Position numbers and translations under genes: made by a program | Shown here: positions 50,082-59,060 of the stretch, one piece after another | Layout: every line of letters starts with the position of its first letter | Position numbering within the stretch: position 1 is the stretch's first letter | The notes under the pieces: generated by a model | Told to the model about the DNA's origin: nothing | The model's database searches: none | The model's input: the letters and a program-made list of their open reading frames with translations, nothing else | Virus record (IMG/VR): IMGVR_UViG_3300032295_004079 | Coordinates: 48,984-112,983 of that record | Reading direction: 5' to 3' (one strand) | Origin: a virus | Lineage: Duplodnaviria > Caudoviricetes | Length of the DNA stretch: 64,000 bases

Positions 50082-50177
50082 TTGCAAGATTTTCAATAAA
50101 CGCGCAAACTGTTTCGCGAAAGTTCCACGTGCAAAATTTGGAGAAGCGAGAAATCGTTCGTAGATTTACATTGTTGA
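50082..50177 (+). repeat. Cassette copy 7
   Basis: TTGCA-AGATT-TTCAA, CGCAAACTGTTTCGCGAAAG. Confidence 0.92.
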
Positions 50178-50239
50178 TTTGAGTTATGAAGTATTAAATC
50201 AATAGTATTATATCATTTAACATATATAAAATAAAGGTT

Positions 50240-51132
50240 ATGAAAGCAGATATCAGAATTACAGCGCAGTATTATGAAAATTATGGTGATACTAATACTC
50301 CGTATTGGAAACCAAAAGGTGGTACCGAGTTTATTATCAAGGGAGTAGATCCCGATCCTGTTATGTTTGCTGCTCCTGGTGAGGCTGATAAGGCTATTGA
50401 AAACCTATTATATGAGTATTCTAATAGCCATGCTAAATATACTCTGATTGATTGGGAATTCATATTTAGTGAACCTATTGAATTGGATAAGGATAATTTC
50501 CTATGGGAAATGGGGATTGATGAGAATCCAGGTCCAGGTATGTTCATAAATGAAGATGATGAGGAGTGGAAAAAATAATTGATATATAATTAAATAAAAA
50601 AATAAAGGTTATGTTAGAAAAACTAAAAAACACACTTTCAGAACAAGTTATTGATATCTTTACTTTTAGGGCTGAAGATCTTTACGATATGTCAGAGGAA
50701 TTTTATCAAGATCATTATAGTAATATGGGATCGGTATTATATAATGTTCAAAAACACCAAACTCTCAAATCACTAATTGAAGCTCTATATGACTATGAGT
50801 TTGATTATATTGGAATTGATAGTGATGAGATGGTAGATGAGTTATTAGAATCAGTATTTGAATTAAGTAAATAATAAAATATAAAGGTTATGTTAAAGCA
50901 AAATAAAAGAGAACCGTTACTAAAGAACTATCGAGGACAATACCGATACCTCTTCAACTGGAAGAGTGGAGGGTTCAATGATATATGGGCTGAGAATTTA
51001 GTAGAGTTCAAGAAGAAACTAAAGAGAGAGTATCCGGGATCAGAGTCACAAGTAGATTATAGTACACTACACAAAGCTACTCTTACACGAAGTAGGGAGT
51101 GGGATAGAATTGGTAATATGTGGTGGGACTAA
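50240..51132 (+). other. Three hypothetical ORFs (50240-50578, 50611-50874, 50890-51132)
   Basis: Each starts ATAAAGGTTATG. Confidence 0.65.
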
Positions 51133-51150
51133 CAAAGTACTTAAGTTAAA

Positions 51151-51282
51151 TTGTTGTATTTGCAAGGAGCGCGCGAACTGTTTCGCGAATGCTCCTTGTT
51201 ACTTGCTTGGAGAAGCAAAAAATCGTTCGTAAATTTATATTGTTGAGCGTTTAAGCTTCAATTAGTATAACATGGTGTTATA
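51151..51282 (+). repeat. Cassette copy 8 with leader hairpins
   Basis: TTGTT-GTATT-TGCAA ... TATAACA-TGG-TGTTATA. Confidence 0.9.
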
Positions 51283-51611
51283 TTATAATATAATAAGGTA
51301 AATAATAATGGTTATGGAAGATATGATAACAGTACAAATCCTGAAAAATGGTCAACCACTTAAAGAGTTTAAGTGTGAAGAGAAGAAGTTACATATAACA
51401 TTTGCTACAGCTCATTCTATAGCAGGTGGATTATGGAATGGTGTGGATGCATTTAGTGTAAAAATAAATAAATAAGATTATGACACACAGCGATATTTTA
51501 GATTTAATCGATACATTAATCCAATATAAATCTGGTAATGTAACAAATAAGGGATTAGAAGAGGCATTAGAAGAAGCATTAAATAAATTAAAAAAATAAA
51601 TAATAAAGGTT

Positions 51612-51851
51612 ATGATAACATTTGATGAATTAAAAAACGTATTACTACAGGGAGAGATTGAAGTTGAATCCGATAATCCACTATTTGTAGGAGAAGAATA
51701 TGCCGAATTAATAACCGGATTGCATGTTGAATTTAATGATGCAAAGACATTATTAGATCTAATTCGTATCTATGAAGATAGAGGTTTTGATACATACGAA
51801 GCAAATGAGATTATAATTAATACACTATTGCAATTAGCAACACTTAAATAA
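51612..51851 (+). CDS. Small acidic protein, paralog of 52352-52594
   Basis: MITFDELK...RGFDTYEA..II. Confidence 0.7.
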   Translation: MITFDELKNVLLQGEIEVESDNPLFVGEEYAELITGLHVEFNDAKTLLDLIRIYEDRGFDTYEANEIIINTLLQLATLK

Positions 51852-51863
51852 ATAATAAAAGTT

Positions 51864-52193
51864 ATGTCTACAAGATCTAAAATTGGTATCGAAAATAATA
51901 ATGGAACAGTTAGTGCAATATACTGTCACTGGGATGGTTATCCAGATAATAATGGTAAAATACTAAAAGAATATTATAGTGATAGAGATAAGCTACAACA
52001 GTTACTTGAATTGGGAGATATTAGTGTATTAAAAGAGGATTTAGGTAAAGTGGAAGCATATCATAGAGATTTGTGTAAGACATATTATCCACCTATAGAA
52101 TATAGAAATATAGATTCGTTTAGTAAACAATTTGGATTTGAATATGGATATGTGTTTACTAAAAATGGTGAATGGTTAACATTTGAAGGTTAA
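51864..52193 (+). CDS. Hypothetical phage protein
   Basis: MSTRS.IG...IYCHWDGYP motif. Confidence 0.7.
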   Translation: MSTRSKIGIENNNGTVSAIYCHWDGYPDNNGKILKEYYSDRDKLQQLLELGDISVLKEDLGKVEAYHRDLCKTYYPPIEYRNIDSFSKQFGFEYGYVFTKNGEWLTFEG

Positions 52194-52194
52194 A

Positions 52195-52326
52195 TTGCAA
52201 GATTTTCAAAGATTGCGCAAACTGTTTAGCGAATGCCTCATGCGCAAAATTTGGTTTACTGAAGAATTGTTCGTAGATTTACACTGTTGAGCGTTTAAGC
52301 TTCAATTGGTATGGCATGGTGTTATA
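52195..52326 (+). repeat. Cassette copy 9 with leader hairpins
   Basis: TTGCA-AGATT-TTCAA ... TATGGCA-TGG-TGTTATA. Confidence 0.92.
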
Positions 52327-52351
52327 TCATATAGAATATAAAATAAAGGTT

Positions 52352-52594
52352 ATGGTAACATTTGATGAATTAAAAGCATTAATTATTAAAAGCGAAACCT
52401 CATTATCTATTTGGGGGGATGTATTACAAGAAGAGGAATTTGAATTGTATGTTAAGGGTGTAGAAAATGAAGTTTACAAGTGTAATAGTATAGGAGCTAT
52501 TATTTCATTTTATGACAGACAAGGATATGATACAGTAGATGCATATAATATCATTTTAGATACAGTAATGAATAATTCAACCTTAAATAAATAA
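52352..52594 (+). CDS. Small acidic protein, paralog of 51612-51851
   Basis: MVTFDELK...QGYDTVDA..II. Confidence 0.7.
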   Translation: MVTFDELKALIIKSETSLSIWGDVLQEEEFELYVKGVENEVYKCNSIGAIISFYDRQGYDTVDAYNIILDTVMNNSTLNK

Positions 52595-52602
52595 TAAAAG
52601 TT

Positions 52603-53649
52603 ATGGCATTACCATTTAATTTAACATCCGTTCTATCCGCTAGACAAATAGAAGGATATGATATTATTGAAAAAGCATTCCCAGTTATCAGTAAGTGGAG
52701 TGGTAGAGAAGTTACAATAACAGATGCTATATATGTGGCACTAAGTGATGTTATGTCAGATTTTGAAGATTGGCCTGAAGATCAGGGGTTTGGTAGTTCA
52801 GATATGACGTTTGCTAAAAAATCGTTTATTGATACTATGATTAATATGGCTAATCTAAGTAATGAATATAAAACAGATTTTAAACCATTTCTTAAAGTAG
52901 TTCAAAAATAATAAATAATAAAGGTTATGGCTCATACAACATTGAATCTAGAGCAATTTACAGAATTGATAAAAGATGTTAAATTCACTCCCGCTCAAAA
53001 TAAAATAGTAAATCGTCTTATCAAGGGAGATCAATTATGGTTATTAAATTCTCATAGAATGAGTGGTGGTGAGTATATGTGGAGAACTAAATATTCATCT
53101 AATCCTGAACATGCAGGCCATGTATACAAGGCATTTTGGAATATCCAATATGTAATTAGAAAACAAAAAGGTATTGAAGTAGATTTTTCAATATTCTTCT
53201 ATAGAGATTAAATTTAAATAAATAAAGATATGAACAAACAACAATACAGTACAATCATTCTAAATACACTCCCTATTCTACTGTGTGTGGGAGTAATAAT
53301 TGCATTTAGTTCCCCGGGACGTGATATAACAATGTGGGATATAATGGTAGGGATAGTCGTGGGTTACTATTCAGGAATAATCGTGTATAAAAATAAAAAT
53401 AAATAAATCCAGCATATGAATAATACTACTAACACAACAACGTATAACGGATGGAGCAATTGGGACACGTGGAATACCTACAATTGGATAACGGATGATG
53501 AGCTAATGTATCGTCGAGCTGCTCGCTCAACAGATGCTAATCACCTATATGAAACAATGGTAAATTATATTACACGAGTGAATGATGGAATTGATATTGA
53601 TAATGTTAATTGGGTGGAGCTATATGATGCGTTTAATGAGGGTGTGTAA
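52603..53649 (+). other. Hypothetical ORFs (52603-52911, 52927-53211, 53416-53649)
   Basis: Last has YNGWSNWDTW...VNW.E pattern. Confidence 0.6.
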
Positions 53650-54141
53650 TAAAGCAACACACATGTTGTTTCGATGCATCGAAACTTTCATTTAGATATA
53701 ACGGAACTATAATTTAGGCCCAACATAACTAATGTTTAGGTGTATGGTAACACAAGTGTGGACAACGGAATATAAGTGGGGGTATGAGTGGTAGAAGTTT
53801 CGAGTAATCTAAAAGTAATGGTATAGTATGTGGAACGGGATAGGTATGGTGTTGGGGATAGGGAGAGATAAGTATTAACCTACTCACATCGCTAGCAAAC
53901 CTATTCTAAACCTCTTCTAAAGTATATACACGAATTGCACTATTTGCAAAAAACACATATAAAAATTGCAAATAAGAAGAAAGCTCACCTATACCAATTG
54001 CACTATTTGCAAAGTTTAATTTAATTTATATGTAAAAAAATGGAAAACCAAACAAAAAGACAAAAACAAATTGAATTTTCTGAAAAAGTTGCTTTAATAA
54101 GTGGCGTTCTTTTTATTTTAACTGTAATTTTTTTAATTTTT

Positions 54142-54271
54142 TTGTAAAATTTTCAAAAAACATATTAACCATTTGTTGAAAGCCTCATGTGAAACGCTTG
54201 GAGACCTGAGGATCTATTCGTAAATTTACGGTGTTGATTTAGGTTAACGATTATATAACATGGTGTTATAT
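54142..54271 (+). repeat. Cassette copy 10 with leader hairpins
   Basis: TTGTA-AAATT-TTCAA ... CGTAAATTTACGGTGTTGA; ATATAACA-TGG-TGTTATAT. Confidence 0.88.
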
Positions 54272-54293
54272 GATAATATAAATAATAATGGTT

Positions 54294-54890
54294 ATGAATA
54301 ATAAGAAAATTGAAGGTTTTGGTGTAATGGCAGTTGAATTTAACTTGGTTAAGAAGTTGAATAATGGTGGTTTGGGTAAGGAAACACGTTTTGTATATAA
54401 TGGTACTGAATATATTCTAAGTAAACATACCTATGGTGATGGTGATGTATTATATTCCATCCATAATAAAATGTCAAGTATGAATATAGATAAAGTTACT
54501 TCCCGTTATATTAGCTTATACAGTTATGATATGATGAGTCAAAGAACCAGCTTTAAACTACCTGTGGATAGTCTGATGGTGTTGATTGATGATGAGAAGG
54601 AATATAATGAAAAATACCCCCAGTACCTAACACCTAATCACCCAAGCATGGTTAAATAATATAAATAATAAGTTATGAATCGTTATATGAAATTTAAAAT
54701 TGAAAGAGAAACTAGGTGGGATGCTAGTAAAATGGATAGCGTAACCAAGTATTTTATTTGGGCGGGTAGCCAATGTCTAGCCTTAGTTAATACTGAAGCT
54801 GAAGCTATAGTAATGTATGATAAAATTAAGTCCAACTATATTAAAGGTGAGACTGTAGTGATACTAGAAGAGGATATTGAGATAAAATAA
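54294..54890 (+). other. Two hypothetical ORFs (54294-54659, 54675-54890)
   Basis: GGTT/AGTT-ATG starts. Confidence 0.6.
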
Positions 54891-54898
54891 TATAATAT

Positions 54899-54987
54899 AG
54901 TCAGGTGGTGTAAGGGTAGCACTCGGTGAAGTAGACGCAGTAATGTAGTCCCAATCCGTAGCACAGGTTCGAATCCTGTCCTGACTA
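54899..54987 (+). ncRNA. tRNA-like RNA with degenerate anticodon arm (possible pseudo-tRNA-Tyr GTA)
   Basis: AGTCAGG/CCTGACT acceptor, GTGT/GCAC D arm, ACAGG-TTCGAAT-CCTGT T arm; U33 missing. Confidence 0.7.
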
Positions 54988-55371
54988 CGACAGTTAGATA
55001 CAAGTCTTTGGTAGTTCTTAGATAAGTATACTATGCGTGAGGTGGTTTTATAACTTTCCACCAGCTGGTCCAAAACTAAAAGTTATTACAGGTTTAATAA
55101 AGGGGTAAGGGAAAGGCCAACTATCGAGTACCTTACAACCTACTGTAGATCTAGTCAGGTAGTTTTAAAATGGGGTATTCCGTATGGGGTACCCCTACCT
55201 GTGTCCGTACTTACGCATATATTATTTGGCCGGTATGCCGTATATATTATGTAAATATGCCCATACGCGTAGGTATCCATATATGCGTGGGTGCCGGGAA
55301 AAGGATTGTAGGTGTACAAATATAGCTTCTAACCCTTTCCACCCCGACCAATATATACAAATATCCCAAAT

Positions 55372-55403
55372 AAAAAAATGGCCCCCATAAAGGGGGCCTT
55401 TTT
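55372..55403. terminator. Probable bidirectional terminator at the convergence of + and - units
   Basis: A tract, GGCCCCC-ATAAA-GGGGGCC, T tract. Confidence 0.75.
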
Positions 55404-55492
55404 CCATTTTACCCATTTTGGAAAAAAAACATAAAGCGGCAACCTTCTTTTTTAAAAAACCTTTTTGGGTATGGAAAGTATATACAAAAAAA

Positions 55493-55888
55493 TCAGTACT
55501 CGTTACTAGCAGCAATACGCGTTACGTATTTTTTAACCATTATCACATCTTGAACTAAACCCCTAACAGTTTCATTATTAGATTTTTTATCAAACTCATA
55601 GTTTAATCTTACGGTTTCTACCTTTTCATTTAAGGTACGTAAAGTAGAGGGGATATCCACGTCTTTTTCAAAACCATTGTTTTTAAGAATAGTTCGCATT
55701 TGTTCAATCTCCACATATAGATCTAAGTATTTTTGATCCAGTTGTTTAAAACCCACTTCTAACTCTTTTAGAGATCTTTCCAAAGTATCTTTCCCACTAA
55801 AGCTTTTTTCTGCTGCTTTAACAATACCCAGGACAGCTAACATCCCAAATGAAACTCCTAATGTAAATACTAATACCAATGTTGCCAT
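55493..55888 (-). CDS. Membrane-anchored coiled-coil protein
   Basis: N-terminal TM then heptad pattern. Confidence 0.65.
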   Translation of the reverse strand: MATLVLVFTLGVSFGMLAVLGIVKAAEKSFSGKDTLERSLKELEVGFKQLDQKYLDLYVEIEQMRTILKNNGFEKDVDIPSTLRTLNEKVETVRLNYEFDKKSNNETVRGLVQDVIMVKKYVTRIAASNEY

Positions 55889-55894
55889 ATTTTT

Positions 55895-56197
55895 TTATTT
55901 AAATAAAGTTTTTTCAATTTCTTTTATATTCGTAGATTGTACTCTTTCTTTTTCCTTCCCACCTACAAAATAAACCAAGGTGGGATAATATTCAATATCG
56001 TAATAATCAGCCGTGCTTTCAAATCTATCTCCATCCAGAAACATAAATTCTACATCCGTGTGAACCTGTTCAAGTAATGGAATAACAATTTCGGTTAATT
56101 TTTTACATGCTGAGCATGTGGGGGAGCCAAATACAACTACGGCTTTTTCTACTTGCCGTGTATAGTTTTGTAGTGGAAAACTTTTTACGTGAATCAT
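55895..56197 (-). CDS. Thioredoxin-like protein
   Basis: CSAC, YPTL. Confidence 0.8.
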   Translation of the reverse strand: MIHVKSFPLQNYTRQVEKAVVVFGSPTCSACKKLTEIVIPLLEQVHTDVEFMFLDGDRFESTADYYDIEYYPTLVYFVGGKEKERVQSTNIKEIEKTLFK

Positions 56198-56202
56198 AAT
56201 TC

Positions 56203-56349
56203 CTAAAAAGCTAAAGCCCCAATTAATACCCCAATTGACATGGATCCTAGTACTAACCTCATCCCGTATCTTAAATCTTCATCTTTAATTGTGTTGGGAA
56301 TCGCCCACGTTGCCAACGTTGCCCAACCCATAATTAGTAATGCGTTCAT
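56203..56349 (-). CDS. Small two-TM membrane protein
   Basis: MNALLIMG... downstream of minus-strand promoter 56397-56366. Confidence 0.55.
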   Translation of the reverse strand: MNALLIMGWATLATWAIPNTIKDEDLRYGMRLVLGSMSIGVLIGALAF

Positions 56350-56493
56350 AATTGTGTTTTTTGATTTAAATATAATAATGTTTTTTACGGGTGGCAAGTT
56401 ATTTTTGAAAAGATAGTAAGGAACGTATATACGGATAAAGGGGAGTGGTGTGGTAAAGCTGGCATTGCTAATATTTATAATTAAAATATACGA

Positions 56494-56844
56494 ATGGCAT
56501 CTTATACTTCAAACCGATTAAGTGGAGCAGGTGCTCCAATTGAAGCTTTAACAGGAGGAACTACTTATACTTTTACTATAGCTTCACCCGCAACAGGTTC
56601 AACATATTTTACGTTAGAAACCGTTAGAAATCCATTAGGCTTTTATGGTTCAACGTCTGCCACTACCGCAAGGGGAACATTTGGAAGTTTAACTAATGTA
56701 ACGGGATTAGTTTCTTCATCCTATATTTTTTCTGTTGTAGTAAATCAAGGAGGAGGTTCCTTTACTTTTACTCCGGCTGCTAATGTTGCCGCTAGTGGAT
56801 CTTTTTTAAGAGGAACAGGTGGGATTTCTTTAACTATTTCTTAA
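56494..56844 (+). CDS. Thr/Ser/Gly-rich probable virion protein
   Basis: Composition; TATTTATA upstream. Confidence 0.55.
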   Translation: MASYTSNRLSGAGAPIEALTGGTTYTFTIASPATGSTYFTLETVRNPLGFYGSTSATTARGTFGSLTNVTGLVSSSYIFSVVVNQGGGSFTFTPAANVAASGSFLRGTGGISLTIS

Positions 56845-56946
56845 AAGCTTTCAAAAGTACTCCACAGGCAGCTTGGCTCCACAGGAAGCCTATCGTATAT
56901 TTATGGTGTTGTTAATGGTTACAACAATAAAAAACAAATAAAAGTT

Positions 56947-57750
56947 ATGCTAAATCTACAAAATTCCGAGTTCAAAACATTAGAACAAATCCGATCAATC
57001 GCTCCTTCAATTTTCACAAATCATGGAGCTAAAGGTACTTCCGAAAAGTACTCTCACATCCCTACCGACCGAGTAATCCGAGATATGGAGCTTCTAGGAT
57101 GGGGAGTTGCAGATGCTAAAGAAGTTAAAGCACGTAAAAATGCAGGTTACCAAAAACATTTAGTTGTATTCAGAAATCCTGATGTTGTTATCAATGGTGC
57201 AGATAATGATACAGTTTTCCCTCAAATTCTATTAACTAACTCACACGATGGTAAAAATAGCTTTGTTTTTACTGCTGGATTGTTTAGAATGATTTGTGAG
57301 AATGGTTTGGTTGTTTCAACTGAGCAGTTTGATGAAATTAAGGTTCGTCATATGGGTTATGATTTTGAAAAATTGCAAGATACAATCAAAAAATTGGTTG
57401 AAAATCTTCCTCTAACAGTAGAGGCAATGAACCAAATGGTTAACACTGAATTGGAACAAGATCAAATTGTATCTTTAGCTAAAGATTTGTTGGATCTAAG
57501 AGTTGAAAATAGCAAAAATACATACGATATTAATGCTATTGAAGCTATTTTAACTCCTCAAAGAAACCAAGATATGGGAACTGATTTGTGGAAGGTGTTT
57601 AATCGAATCCAAGAAAATATTCTTGAAGGAAATTTTGATTATCAAACACTTAAGGGTAAATCCCGAAGTGCTAGAAAAATCAAGAACTTCCAACAAGATT
57701 TGGAATTGAATAAAAAGATGTTTTCTAAGGCTTTAGAGTATGCTAATTAA
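56947..57750 (+). CDS. DUF932 family protein
   Basis: APSIF, SEKY..IPT, NSHDG..SF, GLFRMICENG, DLW.VFN.IQE. Confidence 0.85.
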   Translation: MLNLQNSEFKTLEQIRSIAPSIFTNHGAKGTSEKYSHIPTDRVIRDMELLGWGVADAKEVKARKNAGYQKHLVVFRNPDVVINGADNDTVFPQILLTNSHDGKNSFVFTAGLFRMICENGLVVSTEQFDEIKVRHMGYDFEKLQDTIKKLVENLPLTVEAMNQMVNTELEQDQIVSLAKDLLDLRVENSKNTYDINAIEAILTPQRNQDMGTDLWKVFNRIQENILEGNFDYQTLKGKSRSARKIKNFQQDLELNKKMFSKALEYAN

Positions 57751-57751
57751 A

Positions 57752-57780
57752 AAGAAGGGGGGTTAAACCCCCTCTATTTA
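57752..57780 (+). terminator. Intrinsic terminator
   Basis: AGGGGG-GTTAAA-CCCCCT. Confidence 0.65.
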
Positions 57781-57786
57781 AATTTT

Positions 57787-58269
57787 ATGAAAAAAATTAC
57801 TCTTGAACAAGCTGCAAAATATGTTCCTTTAGATGATGACTTAGTAAATAGAGAACTTCATAAAGCTTCTTATTATGCTCTAAGTCCACATCCTAATCCT
57901 GAAATGGCTAGTAAAGGTTGGGAAAAAGTAACTTACTATTTACCTCGAAAAACTGATAGTTATATTAATAGAGGAGAAGGTAATCAATGGATTTATATCC
58001 TCTCAAACCCTACTATTCCAAATGCCCTAAAAATAGGATATACCAATTTAACCCCAGAGTTAAGAGCAAAACAAATATCATCTTCTACCGGGGTAGTAGT
58101 ACCTTTCAAAGTAGAATGGGCTTTTAGATGTTTTGATGGAAATTTGATGGAAAGTGAAGTACATGAAACTTTAAAGGAATATAGAATAAGCAATCAAAGA
58201 GAATTTTTCCAAGTAGATTTGGAGGAAGCTAAAAATATTATTACCTTAATCGGGGAAAAATATACCTAA
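57787..58269 (+). CDS. GIY-YIG / T5orf172-domain protein
   Basis: WIYILSN, LKIGYT, R...I, TGV..PF, E..VH, REFF. Confidence 0.85.
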   Translation: MKKITLEQAAKYVPLDDDLVNRELHKASYYALSPHPNPEMASKGWEKVTYYLPRKTDSYINRGEGNQWIYILSNPTIPNALKIGYTNLTPELRAKQISSSTGVVVPFKVEWAFRCFDGNLMESEVHETLKEYRISNQREFFQVDLEEAKNIITLIGEKYT

Positions 58270-58304
58270 CAGTATTTATGATTGCAAATATGACAATCTT
58301 TTAA

Positions 58305-58715
58305 ATGATTCCTAAAGATAATATATTTAGTTTATTTCAAAATGAGGATACTATAGAAGTTTACGAAAACTTTATGGATAATCCTTATGTTAAAATAGGG
58401 ATGTTTAATAAAATTATTAGAAATAACACGGTATTTAACATAAAATTTAAAAAATTTTTAGATAGTGTTGACCCAAATTATGACAAAGAGTATATAGATT
58501 CTTCTTCTAGATTTATAACATTTAATAGAGCGTTTTTTTATATCAAAGATATTGATGTGGGAAACCAACAACATATTGATGCTTTAAAATGTCATGATTT
58601 TGAGGGTTTAATATTAAATTTAGATTCCTCCATATCTTTTTTTGAAAAAGGAGAAGAATACGAAAAGTGTAGCCACTTATTTAAAATTAAAAAACTTGTT
58701 GAAGAGTCTTTATAG
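58305..58715 (+). CDS. Hypothetical protein with UVR-like end
   Basis: FEKGEEYEKC. Confidence 0.6.
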   Translation: MIPKDNIFSLFQNEDTIEVYENFMDNPYVKIGMFNKIIRNNTVFNIKFKKFLDSVDPNYDKEYIDSSSRFITFNRAFFYIKDIDVGNQQHIDALKCHDFEGLILNLDSSISFFEKGEEYEKCSHLFKIKKLVEESL

Positions 58716-58846
58716 ACAACTTGACTCCCCCATCTCTCTTGATTAACTTTATATCACGGGATTTAAAGAAATGAGAGAAAGGGAGGAGAAGGGAAGGAGG
58801 GGGAATAGAACCCGGGGAGTAGGAAATATAAATAAATAAAATAAAA

Positions 58847-59044
58847 ATGAGAAATCGAAGCTTAATGCAAAAGAAAGTAGAATATCTTGAATCTACTTTA
58901 ATCAATCTACAACGTATTGTTAAAACACAAGAACCAATAGAAGTTTATATCCAAAATATTGAAAAAGGGTTAGATGTTATTGAAGATTTAAAGAGTATGA
59001 TAGAGGCCGAACCTTTATCGCCTAATGAAGTAAATAAATTTTAA
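58847..59044 (+). CDS. Hypothetical protein
   Basis: 65-aa ORF. Confidence 0.55.
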   Translation: MRNRSLMQKKVEYLESTLINLQRIVKTQEPIEVYIQNIEKGLDVIEDLKSMIEAEPLSPNEVNKF

Positions 59045-59060
59045 ATTAATATAAAGGGTT

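Noticed and set aside
36766-54271. CRISPR array reading of the dispersed repeats
   Set aside because: Copies are degenerate, ~95 bp long and separated by whole genes, not by 30-40-nt spacers.
54864-55515. ORFs 54864-55073, 55184-55390 and 55222-55515
   Set aside because: Atypical composition, and they overlap the pseudo-tRNA, palindromes and terminator.
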